Origin: Octopus vulgaris
Lineage: Eukaryota
Direction: 5' to 3'
Assembly (NCBI GenBank): GCA_951406725.2
Contig: OX597818.1
Location: forward strand, 39,060,001 to 39,124,000
Length of the DNA: 64,000 nucleotides
Position 1 is the first letter of the stretch, and each line of letters starts with the position of its first letter. Below the pieces are notes generated by a model. That model was not told the origin of the DNA. It saw only the letters and a list, made by a program, of their open reading frames with translations, and did not search any database. Shown here piece after piece: positions 1 through 11,348 of the stretch. The position numbers and the translations under genes were made by a program.

Positions 1-91
1 GGTGAGACCTAGAGTTCGAAGGTCGTGCTTCACCACCTCGACCCAGGTTTTCCTGGGTCTACCTCTTCCACAGGTCCCCTCAACTGCCAGG
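1..91 (-). mobile_element. RTE-clade LINE fragment (5'-truncation point; continues outside window)
   Basis: identical to 3758-3848. Confidence 0.85.
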
Positions 92-134
<43 letters not shown>

Positions 135-153
135 CTATATGTACGTTTGTAAG

Positions 154-186
<33 letters not shown>

Positions 187-343
187 TAAAGACTGAAGTT
201 TATCATGTATCATAAGCCTTTAATCAATATTTGAACTCAGTTTCAAGAAGCTTCAGCTGCTAATAAAGTATATAAACTCTGATTTATTTCAGTTGAAAAA
301 CTGAACACATTCCTCCCAAACATTTAAAAGCACAAAAATTCAC

Positions 344-830
344 TAATCCATCCATCCATCCATCCATCCATCCAGCAATCTATTTACCCATGCATCTGTC
401 CATCCATTCTTCTGAATGTTTTGTGCATCCATCCATCCATACATCGTGCCACTCTGTCGGTTACGATGACAAGGGTGCCAGTTGATCTGATCAATGGAAC
501 AGCCTGCTCGTGAAATTATCGTGCATGTGGCTGAGCACTCCACAGACACATCATCATCATCATCATCGTCGTTTAACACGTGTATCCTTAATGTAGTTCT
601 CGAGGAGATTCAGTGTGACACAGTGTGTGACAAGGCTGGCTCTTTGAAATACAGGAAGAAAGAGTGAGAGAAAGTTGTGGTGAAAGAGTACAGCAGGGTT
701 CACCATCACCCCCTGCCAGAGCCTCATAGAGCTTTAGGTGTTTTCACTAAATAAACGCTCACAACACTCAGTCTGGGAATCAAAACTGCAATCCTACAAC
801 TGCAAGTCCACAGGGCCATTGCACCTCCAC
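344..830 (-). mobile_element. tRNA-derived SINE, family C, with (TCCA)n tail
   Basis: colinear with 28313-28702; A/B-box head at 770-830. Confidence 0.8.
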
Positions 831-859
831 ATATCTATACATATATACACATAACCTAA

Positions 860-1362
860 GCCAGGGAGTGTAACCAGCATGCTTATGCATACCTTCCCTT
901 CATTGGACACTGCTTGCGAAGACCTGTTGAGGCAAGTGAAATCGGAATCGAAATCAAATTTGATGACTGGCATCCGTGCTAGCGGAGCACTAGGAGCACC
1001 ATCTGAGCATGATCGTTGCCAGAGCAGCTAACTGGCATTCGTGCTGGTGGCATGTAAAAAGCACCAATCGAGCATGATTGTTACCAGCGTCGCCTTACTG
1101 GCACTTGAACCAGTGTGCAGGTGACATGTAAAGAAAAAAAAACACGATTTTCCATGACTGTTGCCAGTACTGCCTGACTGGCCCTCGTGCTGGTGGCACG
1201 TAAAAGCACCCACTATACTCTTGGAGTGGTTGGCATTAGGAAGAGCATCCAGCTGTAGAAACCATGCCAAATCAAGATTGGAGCCTGGTGCGGCCATCTG
1301 GTTCACCAGTCCTCAGTCAAATCATCCAACCCATGCTAGTTAAACGATGATGATGATGATGA
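860..1362 (+). mobile_element. RTE-related 3' end with internal hairpin-unit array and (GAT)n tail
   Basis: shares ggagtggttggc.ttaggaag.gcatccagctgtagaa...gttaaacgatgatg with 3159-4100 and 10878-11348. Confidence 0.75.
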
Positions 1363-1617
1363 CATACATTGCATATATTACAGACATAACATACATACAA
1401 GCAAATGAACATTGGTCCAATATTTCCCCAAAACTCCTACCAAGTGTAAATATAAGAAACCTGATATATCTATTTGGGTCAGAAGACCAAAATTATGTAC
1501 ATTATGAAGTTAGCTGTTATGCTGATGCATATTCTATTGAAGTTAGGTGAAACAAAAATTTAAAATGATTAAAAAGACAAATAAAAGCTCCTGATTTAAA
1601 ATGTAAGCATAACAATT

Positions 1618-2133
1618 ATCCATCCATCCACCCATCAATCCACCCAAACCTACCTACCTACCTATCTATCCACCTGCATAACTACCTACTTACTGACATA
1701 CATACCTACCTATCTACCCACCTATCTACCCGCCTATCTACCCACCAATCTACCTACCTATCTATTTACCTACTCACATCTCTACCTAGCTACCTACCTG
1801 TCTACACACCTACCTGCCTATCTACCTACCTATCTACCTACCTACTTATCTATTCACCTGCATATCTACCTACATATCTACATACATACCTACCTATCTA
1901 CGCACCTATCTACCCACCTATCTACCTACCTATCTACTTACCTACCTATATATCTACCTACATATCTACCTAGCTACCCACCTGTCTACACACCTACCTA
2001 CCTACGTACCTACCTACCTACCAACCTACCTACCTACCTATCTACCTACCTACATACTTACCTGCCTACCTACATACATGCATGTATACATACATACATA
2101 CCTCTCTGCCCAACTATCTACCTACCTACCTAT
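1618..2133. repeat. degenerate (CCTA/CTAT)n tetranucleotide array
   Basis: direct inspection. Confidence 0.9.
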
Positions 2134-2329
2134 TTGTATGCTTTGAGATTCACTCTTCTAAAAAAGAATTATTTCTAGTTCTCTCAAAAGTTCCCAAATA
2201 TTAGCCATTTTTCAAACTTTCTAAGCAAATAAGAAATAACAGTAGCTACCCAAGAATAAAAATCATGTCCCACAGTGTTCATCACTTATATCATTTATAG
2301 TGGGAATATTTAGTATAACATTCTGATCA

Positions 2330-2452
2330 AATTATGAACTAATAAATTAAGGAGCCTTTTCAACTAAATGTTAAACTATGAACTTATAAATAAGGGAGCC
2401 TTTTCAACTAAGGGATTAAGCTATGAACTAATACATAAGGGAGACTTTTCAA
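2330..2452. repeat. ~44-45 bp tandem repeat x3 (tatgaact.ata.ataagggagccttttcaactaa)
   Basis: three adjacent copies. Confidence 0.8.
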
Positions 2453-2454
2453 AG

Positions 2455-2625
2455 TTGCTCAGCCTTTTTGGAATGGTGAAATTCAAAGCAGAGAAAGCTA
2501 CAAATAATAGCATGTAAATATTGGGTCAAAAAACCCTTTGGATAGATGAAGTTGAAGGCTGCCCATGGGACTTGAACCCACAACTTCAGAAAACATGACA
2601 AACTTTCTACCACTGGACCAAAACA
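2455..2625 (-). mobile_element. old tRNA-headed SINE remnant
   Basis: reverse strand reads tggtccagtggtaga...gggttcaagtccc (A and B boxes); no intact cloverleaf. Confidence 0.5.
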
Positions 2626-2690
2626 ATCATTTGAGTTTCTCTATCCATTTTAGAAATGTTATTCTTATCAGTGAGAATTGTGTGTTGCAG

Positions 2691-2766
<76 letters not shown>

Positions 2767-3158
2767 TGCATGTTTGTGTGTGTGTGTGTGTGTGAGTGTA
2801 TGTATGCATATGCATTGTGTGAGGAAGGTTCTCAAAACAAGCAGAGGGTTGAATGGCATGCCCTGTGGTGTGTGTCCCTGTTCTTTGTGGGCTGATAGCA
2901 ACACTTATGATAAGACTGGTGCCAAGCTTTATTGGACCAAGTTTGCTGAAACAAAGTTGGCTTAGAATTCAACAACAAAATGATAAAATAATAATTTTTA
3001 TAAAATACCCTAAGAATGATTTAATGCTAATTTGTGCATGCCACCTATGTGTCTAAGTCAATTCGATCTGAGCAAATAGTTTAATAATATAATACGGTGT
3101 TAGTATGGCTACGCCAGCAGATAATTGCCTCCCAATAACTATCAATTATACTAGCATT

Positions 3159-4100
3159 CATCATCATCATTATCATCATCATCATTTAGCGTCCGCTTTC
3201 CATGCTAGCATGGGTTGGACGGGTCAACTGGGGTCTGTGAAGCTGGAAGGCTTCGTCAGGCCCAGTCAGATCTGGCAGTGTTTCTACGGCTGGATGCCCT
3301 TCCTAACGCCAACCACTCCGCGAGTGTAGTGGGTGTTTTTTACGTGCCACCTGCACAGTTGCCAGACAGAGCTGGCGAACGGCCACGAACGGATGGTGCT
3401 TTTACGTGTCACCGGCACGGGGCCAGACAGAGCTGGCAAACGGACACGAACGGATGGTGCTTTTACGTGCCACCGACACGGGGCCAGACAGAGCTGGCAA
3501 ACGGCCACGAACGGACGGTGCTTTTACGTGCCACCGACACGGGGGCCAGGCAGAGCTGGCAAACGGCCACAAGCAAATGGTGCTTTTACGTATCACCGGC
3601 ACGGGTGCCAGACGAGGCTGACAGCGGACACGAACAGATGGGTCACTTAACCCCTGCTTTCTGATATATGATTTGATTTTGATTGTTCTCACTGGTCTTG
3701 CCGGGTCTTCTCACGCACAGCATACTTCCATAGGTCTCGGTCTCTGGTCATTTCCTTGGTGAGACCTAGAGTTCGAAGGTCGTGCTTCACCACCTCGACC
3801 CAGGTTTTCCTGGGTCTACCTCTTCCACAGGTCCCCTCAACTGCCAGGGTGTGGCACTTTTTCACACACCTATCTTCATCCATTCTCACCACATGACCAT
3901 ACCAGCGCACTCGTCTCTCTTGCACACAACATCTGATGCCTCTTAGGTCCAACTTTTCTCTCAAGGTACTTACACTCTGTCGACTATGAACACTGACATT
4001 ACACATCCAACGGAGCATACTAGCTTCATTTCTCGCGAGCTTACGCATGTCCTCAGCAGTCACGGCCCATGTTTCACTGCCATGTAGCATGGCTGTTCGT
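3159..4100 (-). mobile_element. young 5'-truncated RTE LINE: ORF C-terminus (3689-4090), 3'UTR with 61-bp tandem array, (GAT)n tail
   Basis: LHGSETW...RWYGHVVRM...GRGRPRKTW motifs typical of RTE RT C-terminus. Confidence 0.9.
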
Positions 4101-4192
4101 ATTCATTTTAAGATGATAATCTTAACACATTCCTTGTTTACTATTATTTCCTATAACTGACCCATTTTTTATTTGTTTACTTTTATTTTTAG

Positions 4193-4381
4193 ATTTTTGT
4201 CAGCGCCAATGATGGAGGACAACCACCTAAAAGTGCCTTTGCTGTTGTGACTGTTTTAGTATCAAGAAATCTGCATTCTCCTGTCATCACTTCTGGTCCG
4301 TCTATTCAAATATGTAGAAAAGAAAGCCAAGGTATTAGCCAACCTCTTTATCAGGTACAAGCTTCAGATGCAGATAGTGGG
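4193..4381 (+). CDS. cadherin exon 1 (long type, 63 aa IFVSANDGGQPPKS...VQASDADSG)
   Basis: tttttag|ATT...GGG|gtaag; AxDxGxPP and DxD motifs. Confidence 0.93.
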
Positions 4382-4749
4382 GTAAGTTATGCATTTTAAT
4401 TCATTAAGAAAATACAAAATAAGAAGATATAAATAAAAATTTTACTTATAATGCTGAAATAGGTAAATTAATGACACCTCATGATATTGGTGTGTAGAGT
4501 ATTTTGTATTTAAAATATAAATATGTATATATATATATATATATGATACATATATGCCTATATATATATGTATATATATATATATATGATACATATATGC
4601 CTCTATATATATGTATATATATATACACATGTATGCATATACATATATATGTATATATATATATATATACATATGTGCATATTTATATATATATATAAGC
4701 ATATATGTGTATATATATACATATATGCATATATATACATATATGTATC

Positions 4750-4802
<53 letters not shown>

Positions 4803-4825
4803 GCATATATATATATATATAGGAG

Positions 4826-5214
4826 GAGACACCCCTTCGGTCACGACACAGACCATGGGATTGCACATAGAAAGTTACCATCCTAGACACAAGTCCGGGC
4901 GAGGTTGCTTATGGAAGGCCAGCAGTCGCCTATGCATACCGGCCTTCCCTCTCCACGCCACAAGTGTTATCCAAGGGAAAGACAAAGGTCGACACAGCTT
5001 GGCACAAGTGACATCGCAACTCATTTCTACAGCTGAATGAACTGGAGCAACGTGAAATAAAGTGCCTTACTCAAGAACACAACACACGGCCCGATCCGTG
5101 ATTCGAGCTCACAACCTCACGATCATAAGCTCGACACTCTAACCACCTAGCCATGCGCCTTCACTGAGCCATGCGCCTTCACTGAGCCAATGCGCCTTCA
5201 CTGAGCCATGCACC
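4826..5214 (-). mobile_element. tRNA-derived SINE, family B, with tandemly amplified 5' end
   Basis: reverse complement of 15331-15651 and 45582-45908. Confidence 0.85.
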
Positions 5215-5221
5215 TATATAT

Positions 5222-6092
5222 ATATGAAAGAAGGTTTGAAAATGCAGTTTTAAAAGATATTTATTTACTTTAGCGGTTTCACTTTTTAGAAAAAGATTGT
5301 CAAAAGTAATATGTAAAAGTTTGGTTGTGTTAATTATTGGTTGTCACAAAGTGCTACAATATTTTAATGAACTTGTTATACAGTCTTTGGTAACAAGAAC
5401 ATGTTAAGGACATAAAAAAGTTCAACAAGTTCATTAAAATATTGGGCACAAAATATTACAACATATATATACATTCTCAAGAAAATTCTCAAGATAGTTT
5501 CCAGAAGGAATTATTAAAAAGTTCAGTGGAATATTGGTATTGTATCTGTATATATATATATATACACCCACAGAATATTGGTTGTCACAAAATACTACAA
5601 TACATATATACATTCTTTGGTAACAAGAACATGTTAAGAACATAAAAAAGTTTAACAAGTTCGTTAAAATATTGGGCACAAAAGATTACAACATATATAT
5701 ACATTCTCAAGAAAATGTTAAAGATAGTTTCCAGAAGAAATTATTGAAAAGTTCAGTGGAATTAGGTATTGCATCTGTATATACATACCCGCACAGAATA
5801 TGAGTTCAAAAAAGTTTGCATTATAGTAGTAGGGAAGCTCAAACTGACCTGGTCCACCATGTTATTGTAAAAGACTATTTTCTACTTCAAGTGACAGTGT
5901 GCCCAATATTTTAACGAACTTGTTAAACTTTTTTATGTTCTTAACATACCAAAGAATGTATATATGTATTGCAGTATTTTGTGACAACTAATAATTAACA
6001 CAACCAAACTTTTACATATTACTTTTGACCATCTTTTTCTAAAAAGTGAAACTGGTAAAGTAGATAAACATTTTCAAACCTTCTTTCATATA
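5222..6092. mobile_element. fold-back element: ~200-bp inverted arms plus internal ~241-bp tandem duplication; probable Penelope-like terminal repeats
   Basis: 5222-5450 is inverted at 5897-6092; 5336-5576 is repeated at 5577-5810; degenerate hammerhead core at 6021-6061. Confidence 0.65.
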
Positions 6093-6381
6093 TAATTCCA
6101 CTTGTGCGGTACCTTACAACTCCACTTTGTTATATATATATATATATAACCAGCTGATCTAGTGAGGGGGGCCGGTGCGCATTGATGCCGTCGAGAGGTA
6201 GGCCCCGAAACGGCGCGCATTCTCTCCTGATGACCCCATACACTTGCTAGCTTCCGATATACGGAGCTTTTAACTGGTAGCACTTACATGTGCAAGTTGT
6301 TTGCAAGATATATATATATATGCATATATATATATATATGCACATATATATATGCATATATATATATGCATATATATATAT

Positions 6382-7108
6382 ATAACTTAGAATAACTTAG
6401 AAAGGTTTTTGGCCAGTATTGGCCCAGGCCATGTCTAACTTAATAGCACCACCTGGCAAAGTCTTTCAGTTCAGGATTTGGGCACCAAGGCCCATTCGAG
6501 CAGAGAGTTATTGTTTGCGGAGACATATCCGGGTGTGGGTGGTTTGTCTGGTACTGTTTGAAGGAATTTGTCCAAAGACTTCTTGAATTTTGTGTGGTCA
6601 GTTTCTTTTTTGACGTGTCCTGGTGTAATGTTGAAGAGAGCGGGTCCAATTGAGGTGAAATAGTTGTGCCGTATTGTCGTTATGTGATGCGATTTAGATT
6701 TTTGTTGTGGACGGATGGCACGTGGTCCAAGCCTTGGATGCATTTTGAAGGTGATGCCAACATCATTCGGACAGTGCTGATGGAATATTTTCCACATCAT
6801 ACAGATAATGTAGCGTTCACGGCGTCGTTGGAGTAAATACAGTTTCAGCTTCTCTAGTCTACCCCAGTAGTCAAGGTCTGACATGCCATCTATCTTTTTT
6901 GTGATTGACCTTTGGGGAGCTTCAATTCTCATAATATTTTGTTTTGTGTAGGGAGACCACAGTGGACAGCAGTATTCAAGGTGGGGTCGGGCAAAAGTGG
7001 AGAAGAGAAGGATAATAGCGTGGGAATCTCTCGACTGGAAGGTTCTGAGAATCCAGGAACACATTCTGCGGGCCATGTCAACTTTGCTGCATATATGTGT
7101 AGCCCAAT
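6382..7108 (-). mobile_element. CR1/L2-like LINE 3' fragment inserted in TA-rich microsatellite
   Basis: [14 protein letters not shown]...QRSITKKI...[20 protein letters not shown]...FKKSLDKFL; (ttctaagtta) tail. Confidence 0.9.
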
Positions 7109-7159
7109 GCATATATATATATGCATATATATATATATATATATGCATATATATATATA

Positions 7160-7199
<40 letters not shown>

Positions 7200-7247
7200 T
7201 ATATATATATACATATATATATATATATGCATATATATATATATATA

Positions 7248-7283
<36 letters not shown>

Positions 7284-7512
7284 TATATATATATATATAT
7301 GCATATATACATATATATATATATATGCATATATAATAATAAATATTAGGGAATAAATCCAAATTTACAGGGAAAAAATCAGATTTAGGATTAAATCCAA
7401 TTTTATAGTAAAATATTATAAAATATTATTAGAGACAAAACCACTATTTTGCAAAACAAACAAGGAAAGACTTAATCAATACATAAAATTTTAATAAATA
7501 GTAAAAAAACCG

Positions 7513-7555
7513 CCACTACAATTGTTTCTTGTCTTGATCGACAATCTTCAGGTGG
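7513..7555 (-). ncRNA. minimal type I hammerhead ribozyme motif (mirror copy)
   Basis: exact reverse complement of 7613-7655. Confidence 0.85.
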
Positions 7556-7612
7556 ACTTCCAATAAGTCAGTTTCAAATTATGAAGTAATTTGAAACTGA
7601 CTTATTGGAAGT

Positions 7613-7655
7613 CCACCTGAAGATTGTCGATCAAGACAAGAAACAATTGTAGTGG
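7613..7655 (+). ncRNA. minimal type I hammerhead ribozyme motif
   Basis: CCAC-CUGAAGA-UUGUC(gaucaa)GACAA-GAAAC-aauu-GUA-GUGG; predicted cut after 7651. Confidence 0.85.
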
Positions 7656-7893
7656 CGGTTTTTTACTATTTATTAAAATTTTATGTATTGATTAAGTCTT
7701 TCCTTGTTTGTTTTGCAAAATAGTGGTTTCGTCTCTAATAATATTTTATTATATGCATATATATATATATGCATATATATATATATATATATCTATATAT
7801 CCATATATATATATATGCATATATATATATATATATGCATATATATATATTTATATATGCATATATATATATATATATGCATATATATATATA

Positions 7894-7971
<78 letters not shown>

Positions 7972-7984
7972 TATATATATATGC

Positions 7985-8019
<35 letters not shown>

Positions 8020-8181
8020 TGCATATATATATATATGCATATATATATCATCATCATCATCATCATCATCGTTTAGTGCGGAAAACGGACGTTAAACAAT
8101 GATGATGATGATGATGATGATATATATATATGCATATATATGCATATATATATATATATATATGCATATATATATATATGC

Positions 8182-8218
<37 letters not shown>

Positions 8219-8493
8219 TATATATATATATATATATATGCATATTATATATATATATATATATATATATGCATATATATATATGCATATATATGCATAG
8301 TAGACTCAGTGGTTAAATTATTTCAAATTATATTCTTTCCTAATAACCTTAAAGGCAATATTATTCTATAAAGAAATATTTCTAATTTGTTTTTAAGCTA
8401 ATATCTAACTTTTGTTGATCATATGGAATATTACTCTCATCATTGAAAATTCCTTACTAAATGCTATCAATATATATTCCATTACTTTTTCAG

Positions 8494-8619
8494 GCACCAA
8501 ACAATGAGTTGAAATTTTTCCTCAATAAAGCTTCAAGCACCTTTTCTATAAATCCTGACACTGGTGAAATATTTTTGAAATATCCACTTCAGAATGATCA
8601 AAGTACAAATGTTTATGTG
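8494..8619 (+). CDS. cadherin exon 2 (short type, 42 aa APNNELKF...FSINPDTGEI...NVYV)
   Basis: ttttcag|GCA...GTG|gtaag. Confidence 0.93.
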
Positions 8620-8829
8620 GTAAGGTTTTATTTCCCATTTCCTGTTTTGCAATTTATTGTTGTTTATTTCCAGTTTCCCTATTTTGTATCCCGATCTTGC
8701 ACTAGGCATGCGTAACACATACATACATACATACATTGTGGAAATTGACTTGTGATCAAATAAGATCACTTCTTAAACATTTACTTTAAGGAACATCACA
8801 CATTTGGTCTTCTTGTTACTGATGATATC

Positions 8830-8970
8830 TCGACTTTGCCTTTCATCCTTTCGGGGTCGATAAATTAAGTACCAGTTACGCACTGGGGTCGATGTAATCG
8901 ACTTAATCCGTTTGTCTGTCCCTGTTTGTCCAATCTATGTTTAGCCCCTTGTGGGCAATAAAGAAACAGA
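8830..8970 (+). mobile_element. SINE family D, 5'-truncated
   Basis: matches 15935-16074 (gcctttcatcctttcggggtc.ataaattaagtaccag). Confidence 0.8.
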
Positions 8971-8971
8971 T

Positions 8972-9655
8972 ATCTCATATGGCTTCTAAGGCCCACAAAG
9001 GAGCTACAAGTCATTCCACACTGACAATAAGTCAGCCTTCCAGCAACAGCTTGACCTACAATGGGACCTACATTGCCGAGTGAGTCTCCTTGGTGACCTG
9101 CACACCCTACTGCACAAGGTGTGTGAGAAAAAATGCTAGATATCACAATGGTAGGTGGGATACCTCTTTGACCACGTTTATGGCTGAGTAGGCCTACTGT
9201 TGAGAAGCTAACATGGCCACACTGATCATATGAAAGAGACCCTTTTCTGCCCTTCTCAGGGAGAGGGATCACATCCTCCATATATTTATCAGGACTTTTC
9301 AGCTCAGTGAAAGCAACCCTGTTGTTCTCAAATTCTTTTACACCAGTAGCAATCAGGTTCCTCCACAGCTTCCTCTCTGATGAAATATTTTCCCACATGC
9401 TAATATCAATATTGGTCTTTTACAGCATGTCTTTAAAATTGTCTTTGAAACACTTGTGCAGCTTGCACTGGGGACAATTTCCTTCCTACAACTCACCATA
9501 CAGCATCTGTTTCGGCATGCAACTGTCCTCTGAACTGATATGATGACCAGACTCTCTAAGTTGGTGTATCATAACCATGGATTCAACATTGGCTATTTCC
9601 ACCAGCTGCAGTAATCTCATATCAGGCACATAAGATCACTTTGAGATCTTCAGGA
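8972..9655 (-). mobile_element. decayed RTE/BovB-like LINE 3' end with C2H2-like motifs
   Basis: WENISSERKLWR, CGHVSFSTVGLLSHKR, CQCGMTCSSFVGLRSHMR in ORF 8865..9398. Confidence 0.7.
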
Positions 9656-9756
9656 TATTATGCAAGCATCACTGGTGAAATCACTTGTGATATCGCATAT
9701 GCCTGTGGTAGGTTGGCTGAAGACAATGTGCCAGAGCATTACTGAAGAAGCTATAT

Positions 9757-9789
<33 letters not shown>

Positions 9790-9797
9790 TATGTATA

Positions 9798-10130
9798 AGG
9801 ACTCCAAATTTGCCATCAACATGTAGGACAAAATACTGCAATAGCCTAGGTTTCAGAGGTCCACAGCTCTTCAATATCCTCCTGAAGGACCTGAGAGATC
9901 TGCATGGGGTGGATGTAGGTGTCTTTAAAATAAAGCTGGACCTCTTCCTGTCAGGTGTCCCAGATGAACCAACTTCACGGCAGGAGGTGCAGATGAGGGC
10001 AGCTGCATCAACTCTCATGCTCCAAATGTCAATTCCTAAAAAGCATTCGTGAAGTAAAATTATGTAGCAACACCAAATGGCGGTGCCCCAGCATGGCTAC
10101 AGCTCATGAGTTGAAACTAGATGATATAAG
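9798..10130 (+). mobile_element. CR1/L2-like LINE 3' end with 3'UTR
   Basis: NSLGFRGPQLFNIL...FKIKLDLFLSGVPDEP; paralogous to 44280-44790. Confidence 0.85.
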
Positions 10131-10362
10131 AAAAATTAAAAAATATATATAAATTTTGAAAGGATATAGAATAAATAGAAGAGGAAAAATAGTAGAAGAG
10201 AAAAAATATCACGAGGTGAGAGAAATTACGTCCAGCTGGTTGGATGTTCAATCCAAAAAAAGACAGAGAGACAGGAAGAATAGCTTGTAGTCATGTGTGA
10301 TCACACACACATACACACATTTATTTATTTATTTTATTCATATTTATTCTCATCTATTTTAG

Positions 10363-10551
10363 GTTGAAGTACAGGTTCAAGACAAGGGAAATCCTCCAAG
10401 AGTTTCCTCAACACCAGCAACTATAACCATTAATGTTCTCCGAAACAAAAATGCTCCAAAGATTACAAATTTGCCAAAAAGTGTTTTAATCAATCAAACT
10501 ACTGCAGATACTACTGTCTATGTAGTTGTGGCTACAGATGCTGATACGAAT
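10363..10551 (+). CDS. cadherin exon 3 (long, 63 aa VEVQVQDKGNPPR...VATDADTN)
   Basis: ttttag|GTT...AAT|gtaag. Confidence 0.93.
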
Positions 10552-10877
10552 GTAAGGAATAGTGATATATTTTGATTCTGTTCATTGTTTATTCATTTAA
10601 ATTTCTCTAAGAAAACCACAGATTTTTCTTACATTGCTATTATTTATATCTCCTAGAAAGTCATATGATTTACATAAATCTAGATATTTTTAATTATGAA
10701 ACATTTATTAATTCATTTATATGCCTTTTATGAAAATTTATAAAATTAGGAATAAATATCAAAAGTTTCTATAAGTTTTCTGAAGTTACTGCAATGATTT
10801 GTTGAAGACAGAATCATCAAACTTTTAAATTTGATTTAAGATATCTTAGCCTATGGCATAGAACTACAGAGGTATAA

Positions 10878-11348
10878 ATCATCATTATCATCATTTAACA
10901 TCTGCTTTCCATGCTAGCATGGGTTGGACGATTTGACTGAGGCCCGACGAACCAGATGGCTGCACCAGGCTCCAGTCTGATCTGGCAGAGTTTCTACAGC
11001 TGGATGCCCTTCCTAACGCCAACCACTCCGAGAGTGTAGTGGGTGCATTTACGTGCCACTGACACGAGGGCCAGTCAGGTGGTACTGGCAACAGCCATGC
11101 TCAAATGGTGTTTTTTATGTGCCACCTGCACAGGAGTTAGTCCAGCCGCACTGGCGATGACCTCGCTCGAATGTTTTGTTCACATGCCACCGGCACAAGT
11201 GCTAGTAAGGTGACGCTGGTAACAATCATGCTCAAATGGTGCTTTTTACGTGCCACCAGCACAGAAGCCAGACAGTTGCTCTGGCAGGGATCCTGCTTGG
11301 ATGGAGCTGTTAGTGCTCCACTGGCACGGGTGCCAGTCATCGAAATTG
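10878..11348 (-). mobile_element. RTE-related 3'UTR copy with variable-loop hairpin array
   Basis: same tail as 860-1362 and 3159-3340. Confidence 0.8.

Larger units (their letters stand above)
7340..7749. mobile_element. Penelope-like terminal-repeat palindrome (arms 7418-7581 / 7587-7749)
   Basis: near-perfect inverted repeat with 5-nt spacer; each arm carries a hammerhead motif. Confidence 0.75.

Noticed and set aside
3333-3645. CRISPR-like look of the 61-bp and variable-loop arrays
   Set aside because: Eukaryotic intron, no cas genes, variable parts only 6-10 nt, and the arrays sit inside an RTE 3'UTR.
6471-7304. 277-aa ORF as an antisense nested gene
   Set aside because: N-terminus is microsatellite; the remainder is a truncated LINE RT C-terminus.
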